A stretch of 64,000 bases of DNA from Verrucomicrobiales bacterium. GTDB taxonomy: Bacteria > Verrucomicrobiota > Verrucomicrobiia > Verrucomicrobiales > V1-33. Where the stretch lies: NCBI GenBank assembly GCA_031411295.1, contig JANOAV010000051.1:32001-96000 (forward strand), read 5' to 3'. Below the pieces are notes generated by a model. The model was not told where the DNA came from. It ran no database searches and saw nothing but the letters and a program-made list of their open reading frames with translations. The position numbers and the translations under genes are program-made. The first letter of the stretch is position 1; every line of letters begins with the position of its first letter. Shown in pieces: positions 27,522 to 38,233 of this stretch.

Positions 27522-28931
27522 CTAACGCACCCAAATGCCGTCGGCATCGCCTTGGTGCAGAATATCACTGATGATTACTAACTTCTCCGAACCTGTCAGT
27601 AGTCCCCGTGATTTTAACAGGGTGATGCCAGCGGAGATGGCGGCTTCGCCATCGCCTGGTGCGAAGTCCAGATTGAAGGCCGTGACACTGCGACAGAGGG
27701 CCAGCGTTTGCACCACGAAGGCATCGGCACAAAAAGCAAAAATGGAGGCTCGCAGCGGACGCGCCAGGGCCGCATACCGGGCCATCTTACCCCGTTGGGT
27801 GAACACCAGCACACAACTGGAGGCAAAGGAATCCGCCAGCTTAACCGCCGAACGCACGACCCGTTGCTTATCATCATCCAGCGGCATCGTATCCCCGGCG
27901 GAACGGTCGATTTCCAGCTCCATGCGCTTGGCAATGCGACTCATGACCTCCACGGCACGCAGTGGGTGCTCGCCCGTGCTGGTTTCTCCGCTGAGCATGA
28001 TGGCATCCGTCTGCTCCAGCACCGCATGGGCGACATCCGTCACTTCTGCGCGCGTGGGAACCGGATTCTCACACATGCTCTCCAGCATGTGCGTGGCCAC
28101 GATCACCCTGCGCCCTTGGCGAATGCATTCATGAATTAAACGACGCTGCGTGATGGGCAATTCCTCCAGTGGGGCTTCGATTCCCAAGTCGCCCCGGGCC
28201 ACCATCACCACGTCCGTAGCGGCAATGATTTCCGTGCTGTGCTTCAGCGCTTCCTGATCCTCGAATTTGGCCACGATATCCGATTTCATCCCGCGCAACG
28301 CCAATTGCTCCCGCAGGAAATGAATATGACTGGCATCCCGCACGAAACTCATCGCCACGAACTCAACGCCAATGTCCCGGCCCACATCCAAGTCTTTGTA
28401 ATCGTGATCCCCCAAAGCCGGCAGGTTGACCCGAATCCCGGGTAAATTGATGTGGCGTCTGGAACCGAATTTTCCATCATTGATGACGGAAGCCACCACC
28501 CGGGCCGGTTCCAGGCTGAGCACTTTCATTTCCAGAACCCCATTATCCACCAGGACCGTAGCCCCCACCTTCAGGTCCGCGTAGAGATCAGGATAGTTTA
28601 CCGTCGTCGAGTAGGGCATGGTGGCCGCTTGATCCTGCAAGCGGAACTCCACCAAATCTCCCGGCAGTAAATCAAACGCTTCCGGCAAATCGCCCGTGCG
28701 AATCGTCGGCCCCTTCAGGTCCATCAGGAGCGCCACCGCTTGCTGGCTGGAGGCTGCCGCCGCACGCACTTTGACGGCCATTTCCCGACACCACGCATGC
28801 GGGGCATGACTCATGTTCAAGCGAAACACATTCACCCCGGCCGCAATTAAGGCGGCTATCATCTCCGCACTTTGCGTGGCGGGACCCAGGGTGGCAATAA
28901 TTTTGGTTTTGCGTAGCGGTAGAGGACTCAT
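27522..28931 (-). CDS. pyk: Pyruvate kinase
   Basis: RKTKIIATLGPA, MVARGDLG, PTRAEVTDV, MLSGETS. Confidence 0.96.
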   Translation of the reverse strand: MSPLPLRKTKIIATLGPATQSAEMIAALIAAGVNVFRLNMSHAPHAWCREMAVKVRAAAASSQQAVALLMDLKGPTIRTGDLPEAFDLLPGDLVEFRLQDQAATMPYSTTVNYPDLYADLKVGATVLVDNGVLEMKVLSLEPARVVASVINDGKFGSRRHINLPGIRVNLPALGDHDYKDLDVGRDIGVEFVAMSFVRDASHIHFLREQLALRGMKSDIVAKFEDQEALKHSTEIIAATDVVMVARGDLGIEAPLEELPITQRRLIHECIRQGRRVIVATHMLESMCENPVPTRAEVTDVAHAVLEQTDAIMLSGETSTGEHPLRAVEVMSRIAKRMELEIDRSAGDTMPLDDDKQRVVRSAVKLADSFASSCVLVFTQRGKMARYAALARPLRASIFAFCADAFVVQTLALCRSVTAFNLDFAPGDGEAAISAGITLLKSRGLLTGSEKLVIISDILHQGDADGIWVR

Positions 28932-29254
28932 GGCTTACCGAAATCATGCGGCGGCCAGAAAGCAAGGAGCGAAAACCTCAGCGCCAGGGACTGGAAGGAG
29001 CGGGTCTGCGGACGCTGGGAAACCAAACCAACCTCAAATCCAGTCCTCAAGGCCAGGCTACCGTGCCAGGATACTTCGGTCGGTATGGAGTAACTGTTTC
29101 CAAAGACGGGAAGACGGTTAAAACAGGACGAGTTGGAAAATCACCAACCAAGCACGGTGAGAATCGCGCTCCCAACGGCGGATTTATGCACGGCGGTATT
29201 GCATTGAAACCCTTAGAGTTCGGAGCAAATTTTAGTGAATCGCATTAGCGTCCC

Positions 29255-29410
29255 GGTGTGCGGTGGCACGGCTCTGCGCGACACCGCTCTTGAAGCGGAG
29301 AGATCCTGCAATATGGGATTGCGCCGAAGTGCTCCTTGCGTTTTGAGCGAAAACTAGAGCGCCCAACGAGATCGAAAGCGGCGTGGCGCAACGCCTTCCC
29401 GCCGCACTCC
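29255..29410. repeat. Long palindromic intergenic repeat (REP/MITE-like)
   Basis: ggtgtgcggtggca...cgcgacaccgct and agcggcgtggcg...cccgccgcactcc form imperfect inverted arms. Confidence 0.55.
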
Positions 29411-29586
29411 AAGACGCTAGCGCGGTGGAAGTAGATTGCTTCCCAACTCGTTGATTGCCAGTAAATTTCAGCCCTTCAAAAATCCGCCCTATCGTGCTCC
29501 CGTGTCAATCCCTTGGGCGAATTGCAACCAAGCTCAAGTGCGGTTGGTCTCGTGACCTCGCCCTCCACAGTGTTGACCTTGAGCGC

Positions 29587-32500
29587 CTACGGAACGGTTT
29601 GCACCTTCAAGCTCATGAAACGGCGGTTTTGGCCGGCGGTGGCTTGCGGATCGCGCACGGTGACGGGGATGCGGCCTCCGCTGGCGGTTCCGATGGTGAC
29701 GGTGGCGGTGCCGGTCCAGGTGGCGCTGGTGGGGAGTTTCTCCGCAATGGTGGTCCAGCCGTTGAGGTCGTCGCCTGCTTGGATGATGTAATGGATGTCC
29801 GGCAGGCCCATGCCGCCTAACACGCTGGTTTGGGGGAGGGTGAAGTTTACCCGCAGGTGATCGTCCGCTGGCACGTTGGGGGCCAAATATTGGGTGGTGC
29901 TGGATTTGGTGTAATCCGTGCCCACGCTGTATTCCATGAGATTGTCGATGCCATCAAAGTCTTCATCAGCCAGCGCAATGAGGCCCCCGTAGTAGTTGCG
30001 CCATGCGGTGTAGCCGGTTTGTGGTGGGGCCTGAGTGGCTAATCCGGCGGGACTGCCGCCAAGGGCGGTGCTTGTCCAACTGCTGCGATTCTTGAAATCT
30101 GAAATGGCCGTGGTGTTGCTGACTAGCAAGATTGCCCCGCCACCGCCATCGGCCGCTGCATACCAGTTTCCACGATAGTCGAAGCTGAGAATATTGGCAT
30201 CGAAGGGTGGTGCCAGCGTGATGGCGAGCGTTTCGCCACTGTTGTCCAAGTTGCCAATGAACGTTCCAGCGATCGGCGTGCCGGAACCATAGCGAGCGGT
30301 AAAGACATCCACGTTAGCCGCCACGACGCACTGAGCGCCAGCGGCCAGCGTAAATCCAAGTGGGAAGGTGAAATCGATCCCGTTCGTAAACGAGACGCCA
30401 GCTAAATTCAGCGTAGTAGCTCCGGTGTTAGTCAATTCTACATACTGTAGTGCGTCTCCCAGCGGGTGATGATACATAATTTCCGTGATGCGCAGGCCGT
30501 TGAGAATGGCCAGGGCATTGGCGTAGGCAGGATCGCCCGTGCCGTTCGGCAGCGTGTCCGTGGGCAGCACGAAGTAGTCCAATCCACCCACGCCACCCGT
30601 CGTCACGAGACCTTGGGAAACGTCCGTCACTTGGGGATCCACGCGCACGCGTTGAAGCTGCGTGCTGCCAGCATAGAGTGCCAATTCATCGGTGAACTGA
30701 TTCAGTTGGAAGCTCAGATGATTCGCGCCCTTGGTGGGGGAAGCATCGGCAGTAAATTTACCGTAGCCGGGAGCCATGAAACTCAGGGGTGGGAAGAGGG
30801 TGTGATAGAACGCGTTCGCCACGTTGTCGGTTAGGGAGAGCCCGCTCAGGCTTACTGGCAGCGTGCTGGGATTATACAGTTCAATCCAGTCCTCGTTGAA
30901 ACGAATGTCACTGGAGGCCAGCCACTCGTTGATGCGGACGTTGGTGGGTTCGCCCAAGCGCGCGGCCGTATTGGCGGCTCCAGGCGTTGGGACATTCAAG
31001 CTCCACGTGCCAGCGGTGCCGAGTCGGCCGATGGAGTAATCCGGAATTTGCCGACCATAGACAATGCTGTCTTTCACCACTCCAGATTGGGAAAGATAGA
31101 CCGCTTCCCCTTCTTCGCCCTTGAGCGAGAACGTGGCGTGCAGCCCGGGAGTGGCTGCGGGGCCGTCGCAATAGACTAGCATGTATCCGTTCGCTGGGAT
31201 GGTGGTGGCGGCTGGGAAGACATATTTATTGAGCTTCAGCGAATTGTCGCTCAGCATCCAACCGTTAAGCGAAACGCTGGTGGCATTGGGATTGTGAATT
31301 TCCACATAGTCCGGGAATGTGCCGCCATTGTTATGGGCAGCAACATTTTCTGCCAGCACTTCATTGATGACCAATGGCAGCGCAGTGCCCACGGTCCAAG
31401 TGCGGGAGGTGGGAGCAAACTGTGGCAGACCCAGATAGGTCTTGGCTGGATCTGCATTCTGCCAGTTGCCAGCGTAGTCCATGCCCAGCACTTCCAAGGT
31501 GTGCAGGCCTGGTGTCAGGCTGGTGAGGGTGAGGGTGGCGTCCCGCACCGTGAGGCCGCTGCGGTTAAAGATGGCTCCAGTTCCGATGGTGGTCTGGGCA
31601 GAATAAGCCCCACCATCCAAACGATATTTATAAGCGATGAGGCCAGGTCCACCGATGGTGAAGGTGGCGGTCGTAGCATCCGTGGTGCCATTGGGGCCGC
31701 CAGCGATGTAGGCCCACTCAGGGCAGCCGAAGCCGAGGTCCATGCCGCCAGGGCCTGCGCCTTTGGCCAAGGACTCCGTTTTCAAACTGTAGTTCTTGTT
31801 CGCTGGATCCACAAACAATGCGGGGCTTTGTGTATTCACGCCATAGGCGGGATTGAAGATACCGCCTGGGTGATTGGCCCCGATGACGGTGTCCGTAATT
31901 TGATCGACAATGTTTTGATTGAATTGAACGCGCGTGGTCACGTCCGTGAAGAAGACATCCTTGGTGCCCGCCTGGCGTTTATCCGCCGAACTGATGAGTC
32001 GGGGGACATTGCTGATGACATTGTAGCCCAGATAACACCCGTCACCACGCGGTGGCGAGTTGCCGGCGTCATTTTCCACCATCATGTTAACGACGGAGCA
32101 TTTCACCTGCTGATCGATCCCGAACGCGCTGTCCGTGTAGTGGAAATCGGCATGCATGTTAGCAATCGTGTTGTGCTCCACGATGGCGGCCACGTTCAAT
32201 TTACAGTTAATGAGGTGATCCATGTCGAAGACCAGATTCCGTGCGATCATGTCCGTGACGGGGATGCTGCCGCCCAGACCATCGGTGGAAATTGCGTTGG
32301 AGTAGCCAGTGTCGGAGGTCCAGCGATCCTTGGTGCCGTGCTCCATGATGTTGTGCGCAATGAGCGCATCTCCCTTCAAGTCCATGTGCTCATCTCCGGT
32401 TAGGCCGTGGAAATAGTTGTAACGGCAATCGAGCGGGAAACTCACGCCCACTTGCCCGCCATCGCCATCGAAGACGTCGTTGTGGCCTTTGTTGCCGTGG

Positions 32501-35500
32501 AAATCATTCGCATACACCCGGAAGTAGCCTCCGACGGGGAACCCGCCTACGAAGTTTGCGTTGCCAGTCAAAGCGGCATCGGTGGATTTGTATTCCACCT
32601 TAAGTGGTTCCTGCTTGTTGTCAGCCCCGGAAATAAACCCTGAGGGCGGGGAGTCCAAATCATCCAGCGGATTAAACATATCGCCAAAGTTACAACGGCT
32701 AACCGTCAGTTTCGCGCAGCGGCCATAGCACCAGCGCAGGTGGGAACCGGTCCAGGTGCAACCGTCCACCCAGACCCAACTGCGGATGCTGCCGATGCTG
32801 CCCCAGTTTTCCTGATCCGCTTCCGTGGCATCAATGGGAGATGTGCCCTGAGCATTGATGAAGTCCACGTTGGCAACAATGTTTTCCAGGCTCAGCGAAT
32901 CCACGATGCGCAGTCCGCCCCATTTGGCGGGGCCGGTCTGCACGCCAACCTTGATGGGATCACAATCGCCCGCCGCCACGGTGCCGGGCACATGGGAGAA
33001 TTTGATGCGTAATGCAGGCGTTCCTTGCGCCAGAATGCGGCCATTGACCGTCATGCGCACGCCAGCATCGAAATAGACGCTGGTGCCTGGCTCAATGGCC
33101 AGGGTGACTCCGTTGGGGACAGTAGTAGCAGCCGTAAGGCGGTAAGGTCCTCCTGCAGCGGTCCATGTCAGAACACCGGTAGCGGAGTAAGGCATAGCTC
33201 CCATGTCCAAGCGCGTGGAGTCGGGATCGGTCAGGGCAGGATCGCCCGTGTCACGGCAGGGAGACGTGGCTTGCAGGTGGAAATTCTTCAAGCTAGGGCT
33301 CACGAACAGCGGATCTGCCGTAACGACTCCGGTTCCCGTGGGAGGCACAGGATCGGCTGGATTGGTGCCAGCATTATCTTGATAGCAGGTATAGGCCACG
33401 GTGGTGTAGGGCCAGGGAATCGGAACGGTGGCGTAGTCGTTAGCCAGCGGAGTCACGGCGGAAATGATGGTGTTGCTGACGTTGAATGCCAAATGCGCAT
33501 TGGCTGCAGTGCCGTATTTGTTGCGCGCATGGAGGCCCACACTGTGATAAGCGACGCCAGCCACTTGGTCGGAAGTATTGAGCGGATGCACCTCGCAGGC
33601 GATGGTGCAATTTTCCACGATGGTCGTGTAGATTGAAGCTTCGTCGCCAATTTGCGTTTTTGAGGAAATACCGAAATCACAATCAATGATCTGGGACCGC
33701 CGCACGGTGACATTGTTTTGCAGAAGACTGACGCCTTTATCGAACGAGTTCCGAATAATGCAATCTTCCACCGTAAAGGAACCGGCCAGGCCATCGAGAC
33801 CGTCGTCCCCACAGTTGGCGAAGACGGATCGGCTGAAGAGCACACTCCGGCCACCGGAGTCGTGAATATAGAAACAGTCGTTATCGTCATCCACCTGGTT
33901 ATCATGGTAGTCTTTCAGCATTTCAGAAAAATTACAGTCTTCCACTATGCACGTGGTAGCATTAATTTCCGCCCCGGAAACACACCGGGCAAACTGACTG
34001 CGGCGGAGCGTTAGATTGGCGGAATTTTGCCCGACCAACCCCTTGCCTGAAACGTTGGCGGTCACGGAATCCAGGATGGAAACGTTGGAGTTACTAATGT
34101 AAAAACCGACACCCGTGTTAGCATCCAAGTGGTCCCCTTCCTTAGCACTGTGACCGGCCCGGTTGAGCAGACAATATTGCAGCGTGGAAGCAGCCGCATT
34201 CACGATCCGCACGGCTCCCCAGCGAGCGGTGGCCGTGGCATCCGCGCTGGTGAAACTGATGGGCCGGGCCAAGGTGCCCATGGCTTGCAGGGAACCACTG
34301 ACAATGAGATTAGCACCCGAGTGGTCGCCCAATCCTGGAGTGCCTGGCAGTAAGATATGGGTGCCGGGGTGAATCGTTAGGGTTGACCCGGTCGGGACGG
34401 TAACGGAGCCGGCCAGATGGATGATTTTCTGTGGATTAGCACTGGCTTCATCCCCCCAAACCAGATCCCCTCCGGCCAAATTGCCCGCTGGAATGGTGCG
34501 TTCGGTAACACCAAACAGGCTGGTGAAATTCTTGGTGGCAGAACTGGCTCCCGCTGCTGTGGCGTTGAGCGTGAAGGGTCCGGGATTGGTGGTGGGAGCA
34601 CCGGGTTCTGTGCCAATGAGTTCCAGATCGAAACTCAAATCAACGCTGTTAAGAGCATTGTGCATTTCCACCGCAATGGTGTTGGTGCCCACGGTTAGCA
34701 AATTCAACGACGACGTGATATCGATCGTCTCAAATTCCGTTTCCAGAGGCGTCGTGCCCGAACCGCTAATCGATCGGTTGGCGAAGGTGGTATAAGTAAT
34801 CGCCCCCGCTGGGAGTCCCCGGCGGGCCGCGGTGATCTCCGTGCCGTTCAGATAAATCGCGGCCCCATCATCGGCTAACAGTTTCAAGGTCAAGGCGTTA
34901 AAGACCGCAGGATTCGCCACATTGAAGGTGTGCCGGAAATACCAAGTGCGTCGAGCGGTCCCGCCGGCGGCTATTGAAGTCACGTTAGAAATCGTGGTGC
35001 GCTGGTCTTGCGTATTGCCCGCGCCTTCATAACCAAGTTCGCCCGTGCCACTGTCCCAAGCGGAATCTAGATAACCTACTGCATTCCACGCCTTGCCGTT
35101 GGTATCGTTGGCTGGGGCGGTATTGAGGGTGGGACTGTGCCATTTCCAAGTAGGGGCAGTCAGGTTAGGAGACGCTGCGGTCCCTCCCTTTTGAATTAGC
35201 GTCGTGGTGGCCCCAGGGCCTCCAGAGGAACCAATGGTAATCAAGGCGCTGCCCATGCCGTTTTTTACATCCACGGTGGTGGGGGAAATGCTAACACCAT
35301 TGCTGGCGGTTAGATTGACGGTGGTATTCCATTTATCACGATCTAAATTTCCCTGAGGATTCTTTAGATCCACGCGCACTAACACAGGGTAACCCGGCAG
35401 ATAAGAGTCCGGTGCCAGCAGTGACATTACACTGCTGGCAGCACCGCCGCTGAGCGTTCCGGAGACGTTGGTATAAGTGGCCGCAACCGGTTGCCAAATG

Positions 35501-37983
35501 ATGGTGGCCGTCAGCGTCTGGAGCACCGTGCCAGTGCCATTCTTACCGCTGTAAAATAGTGCTGTCACCGTATTGGTGCCAGGACGCAGCACGGAACCTC
35601 CACCAATAGGCACGGCCAAACTCCATGTTCCTGCAGTGGCGGCAGGAGTGGTCACAGTCTTGTAACTCAATGTCGCTGCTACGCCATTGACGAGGATGCT
35701 GTGGGTGGCCGCCACATTGAAATTTCCACTGATCGTGGCAGCTCCATCGTTGGTCCGATTGAAGCCCTCAATGGCGGTTCCAGCAGTGGTGGCTATGAGA
35801 GAGTAGGCCGTGGGAATTTGCGTCAGCAAATTGGCCCGGCGGTTATCGATGAACGCCTTGATGTTCGTCAGCGTGGCTGCGGGCACCCAGGCTCCCACCA
35901 GACGATCCAGCATCGGATCCAGCGTGGCGCGGTTGAACCATTTATCCATCTGCTCCAGCACCTTTGCATAGTAGAGCGGGACGATGTCAGGATGATTGAA
36001 CAGCCGCGTCAGGCCCACCACTCCCGTTCCAGGAGTGGTGCTGCCGAAGGCGTTGTCATAGCTAAAAATCGAGCGTGTGACGGGGTTGCCCGAAGCCAAC
36101 CCCAGATTGAATACGGCATCGAAATCATGCGGTAGCAGGAAGAAACGTTGATCGACGACACCCCGATACATCCCCGCATCATCCGCGCGCCCGCTTTGCA
36201 GGCCGCCTTCCTGATTTCCAATCACGGCATCCGTGGCGAAGAACGTCAGCCATTGGTCCAGATTAATTTTCGCAGACAACTCCGCCACGTAATTCGCATC
36301 GGTGATGGCAGGCTGATCCACGGTGCCGCCCGTGATGGGCGCGCTGATGACTTTACACAGCGCAGCGAGGTCCGAGTAATCATTGAGTTCCTCGTTTGTC
36401 TTCTTGATGTAAGTGTCGCTATACGCCGCTGGGTCTGTGCCCTCATATTTGAACTCGCCACTGCCCAGATTTCCCACCGGGACGCCCACGGTGCCGGGAG
36501 CGTGATCGTCTAGCCGATAAACATTTCCGTCAGGATCGTTTGGGAAATGCTCTTTCACCCAGGCCCCATTGGCAGGCTCGATCCGCACATAGTGACCGAA
36601 CATGATGCCTGCTGGCTGTGCCAAGTCCGTGCCGTTGACGTGAATCCTAACGGGCGTCGCTTCCTGGGCCGCAATGCCAGCCAACTGGAACATCAGTGCG
36701 CCAATCGCCTGGCTGTGCGGATACTGGCAATTGAATTGCGCGCTCACCCGACCGCCCCAGGGATCATCATTGGGCAGGCCCAAATAGTAGTTATTCGGCG
36801 GACCCACGCGGCTGCCGGTGCCCCGATTCCGCGTCTCCGCGCGATAATGCACTTCCATGCCCCGACCATCCTGAATGATGAAGGTCGTGTTCATGGCCGC
36901 GTCCGAGTCAGCCTGTGGCAAGGCGCTGCCGATGTTTGCTAATTCCGCACGCTCCGCTTCCGTCATCACGAAACGATACAACGGACCCCCCGCCAGGTTC
37001 TTGAAATCCTCCGCCGCATTGAAACTATTCTCCACTTGATATAGACAGTTGGTAACTTGGCCGTAAGTTTCCGGCACCACGCCCACATCCGACGTCCGAG
37101 CTGGCGCGGGCCAAGTGCGGGAGTTCGTGCCGTCCGTGGCGGAAACGTAGAATTCCACCACCGCCTTGTCCGCCTGAGCGGGGATCGTGGCGTCAACTTC
37201 ACCATCAAAATCAGAATCCGCCATGGGTAGCGTTTGCCATGTTCCTGCATCCAACCGCCAATGCAACGTAGCCAGGCCCAGACCCGCTTCGTCTGACAAA
37301 TCGCACGACACCTGAACTGGCTCCGTGGCATGAGGCACCAGCGGATGATGTTTCATCGCCAAGAGGACCGGTGCCCCATCCGCCGCCGCCACCGAGTTGG
37401 CAACCCCCGGAGTCCCACCCGTCGTCGTGCTCGCCTTCCAATTCTGGCCATTGTTCTTGTGCAGCGCAGCGCTCACTAACTCCATCGATTTACCCCCACC
37501 ATCGGCGGGATTCACCCAAATCCAGCCCTTGTGGCCCAAATCATCTGCCCCACGGGCGCGCGTCGCCCAATCGCCTTCGGTAAAATAATCCACCTGATCG
37601 ACCTGCACGCCTGCTGCATCGGCTAGCCGGATCGTTTCCCCAGAGTCGCTAAGATTCCCCGTCCATCCACCCACCACGTTAGTCACGGTGGGATGGAGCG
37701 CTTGGAAAACCGCCACATTGGCCGCCACCACCAGATAACCATTCGCTGGAATGACCGTGCCCGCAGGAATCGTAAATGCCACGCCCTTGGTAAATTGCCA
37801 ATTTCCGACCGGAGCCGCCACCGCATCCGGATTATATATTTCCAGCCACTCTTGGGCAATATTTTCCGGCACTGCGGCGGAGTGAAACATAATTTCACTA
37901 ATCACAGGTGCAGCAGCACCCAGCGAAGGCAGTGCCAATGCAGCAGCGGCCGTGAGAAAACGGAAGGAACGGGGATGAATCAT
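29587..37983 (-). CDS. Giant secreted protein with lamin-tail domains, CotH kinase and beta-helix regions
   Basis: Signal peptide; four LTD-type starts (VISEIM, VINEVLA, RINEWLA, RITEIMY); CotH-like TRNRG...LLPHDFD; DDGLD/SFDKGVS beta-helix; C-terminal DEDFDGIDNLMEY; 2798 aa. Confidence 0.8.
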   Translation of the reverse strand: MIHPRSFRFLTAAAALALPSLGAAAPVISEIMFHSAAVPENIAQEWLEIYNPDAVAAPVGNWQFTKGVAFTIPAGTVIPANGYLVVAANVAVFQALHPTVTNVVGGWTGNLSDSGETIRLADAAGVQVDQVDYFTEGDWATRARGADDLGHKGWIWVNPADGGGKSMELVSAALHKNNGQNWKASTTTGGTPGVANSVAAADGAPVLLAMKHHPLVPHATEPVQVSCDLSDEAGLGLATLHWRLDAGTWQTLPMADSDFDGEVDATIPAQADKAVVEFYVSATDGTNSRTWPAPARTSDVGVVPETYGQVTNCLYQVENSFNAAEDFKNLAGGPLYRFVMTEAERAELANIGSALPQADSDAAMNTTFIIQDGRGMEVHYRAETRNRGTGSRVGPPNNYYLGLPNDDPWGGRVSAQFNCQYPHSQAIGALMFQLAGIAAQEATPVRIHVNGTDLAQPAGIMFGHYVRIEPANGAWVKEHFPNDPDGNVYRLDDHAPGTVGVPVGNLGSGEFKYEGTDPAAYSDTYIKKTNEELNDYSDLAALCKVISAPITGGTVDQPAITDANYVAELSAKINLDQWLTFFATDAVIGNQEGGLQSGRADDAGMYRGVVDQRFFLLPHDFDAVFNLGLASGNPVTRSIFSYDNAFGSTTPGTGVVGLTRLFNHPDIVPLYYAKVLEQMDKWFNRATLDPMLDRLVGAWVPAATLTNIKAFIDNRRANLLTQIPTAYSLIATTAGTAIEGFNRTNDGAATISGNFNVAATHSILVNGVAATLSYKTVTTPAATAGTWSLAVPIGGGSVLRPGTNTVTALFYSGKNGTGTVLQTLTATIIWQPVAATYTNVSGTLSGGAASSVMSLLAPDSYLPGYPVLVRVDLKNPQGNLDRDKWNTTVNLTASNGVSISPTTVDVKNGMGSALITIGSSGGPGATTTLIQKGGTAASPNLTAPTWKWHSPTLNTAPANDTNGKAWNAVGYLDSAWDSGTGELGYEGAGNTQDQRTTISNVTSIAAGGTARRTWYFRHTFNVANPAVFNALTLKLLADDGAAIYLNGTEITAARRGLPAGAITYTTFANRSISGSGTTPLETEFETIDITSSLNLLTVGTNTIAVEMHNALNSVDLSFDLELIGTEPGAPTTNPGPFTLNATAAGASSATKNFTSLFGVTERTIPAGNLAGGDLVWGDEASANPQKIIHLAGSVTVPTGSTLTIHPGTHILLPGTPGLGDHSGANLIVSGSLQAMGTLARPISFTSADATATARWGAVRIVNAAASTLQYCLLNRAGHSAKEGDHLDANTGVGFYISNSNVSILDSVTANVSGKGLVGQNSANLTLRRSQFARCVSGAEINATTCIVEDCNFSEMLKDYHDNQVDDDNDCFYIHDSGGRSVLFSRSVFANCGDDGLDGLAGSFTVEDCIIRNSFDKGVSLLQNNVTVRRSQIIDCDFGISSKTQIGDEASIYTTIVENCTIACEVHPLNTSDQVAGVAYHSVGLHARNKYGTAANAHLAFNVSNTIISAVTPLANDYATVPIPWPYTTVAYTCYQDNAGTNPADPVPPTGTGVVTADPLFVSPSLKNFHLQATSPCRDTGDPALTDPDSTRLDMGAMPYSATGVLTWTAAGGPYRLTAATTVPNGVTLAIEPGTSVYFDAGVRMTVNGRILAQGTPALRIKFSHVPGTVAAGDCDPIKVGVQTGPAKWGGLRIVDSLSLENIVANVDFINAQGTSPIDATEADQENWGSIGSIRSWVWVDGCTWTGSHLRWCYGRCAKLTVSRCNFGDMFNPLDDLDSPPSGFISGADNKQEPLKVEYKSTDAALTGNANFVGGFPVGGYFRVYANDFHGNKGHNDVFDGDGGQVGVSFPLDCRYNYFHGLTGDEHMDLKGDALIAHNIMEHGTKDRWTSDTGYSNAISTDGLGGSIPVTDMIARNLVFDMDHLINCKLNVAAIVEHNTIANMHADFHYTDSAFGIDQQVKCSVVNMMVENDAGNSPPRGDGCYLGYNVISNVPRLISSADKRQAGTKDVFFTDVTTRVQFNQNIVDQITDTVIGANHPGGIFNPAYGVNTQSPALFVDPANKNYSLKTESLAKGAGPGGMDLGFGCPEWAYIAGGPNGTTDATTATFTIGGPGLIAYKYRLDGGAYSAQTTIGTGAIFNRSGLTVRDATLTLTSLTPGLHTLEVLGMDYAGNWQNADPAKTYLGLPQFAPTSRTWTVGTALPLVINEVLAENVAAHNNGGTFPDYVEIHNPNATSVSLNGWMLSDNSLKLNKYVFPAATTIPANGYMLVYCDGPAATPGLHATFSLKGEEGEAVYLSQSGVVKDSIVYGRQIPDYSIGRLGTAGTWSLNVPTPGAANTAARLGEPTNVRINEWLASSDIRFNEDWIELYNPSTLPVSLSGLSLTDNVANAFYHTLFPPLSFMAPGYGKFTADASPTKGANHLSFQLNQFTDELALYAGSTQLQRVRVDPQVTDVSQGLVTTGGVGGLDYFVLPTDTLPNGTGDPAYANALAILNGLRITEIMYHHPLGDALQYVELTNTGATTLNLAGVSFTNGIDFTFPLGFTLAAGAQCVVAANVDVFTARYGSGTPIAGTFIGNLDNSGETLAITLAPPFDANILSFDYRGNWYAAADGGGGAILLVSNTTAISDFKNRSSWTSTALGGSPAGLATQAPPQTGYTAWRNYYGGLIALADEDFDGIDNLMEYSVGTDYTKSSTTQYLAPNVPADDHLRVNFTLPQTSVLGGMGLPDIHYIIQAGDDLNGWTTIAEKLPTSATWTGTATVTIGTASGGRIPVTVRDPQATAGQNRRFMSLKVQTVP

Positions 37984-38233
37984 AGGATTGCGGGGGAAAG
38001 AGGCAGGGGCCTCGGGAATGTGGCGCTTTTGTAACAGGGATTCCCAGCAGGGGTCAAGAAATTCCGTGCTGATTTAAGTAACGGGGAATTCCCTATCGTG
38101 CAGAACTCGTTGCAAATGACGCGATTTTCATTGGTCAACGGCGTTGCCACCGACGGCAGAGCGGCACAATTTTGCACCGTGCACGGTCGATTTCACTGGC
38201 GGAAGCCTTCGGTTGGGTCAGATTGGAACCGTT

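Noticed and set aside
28946..29248. 100-aa ORF upstream of pyk
   Set aside because: No recognisable motif or RBS and atypical codon use; cannot be supported as a gene.
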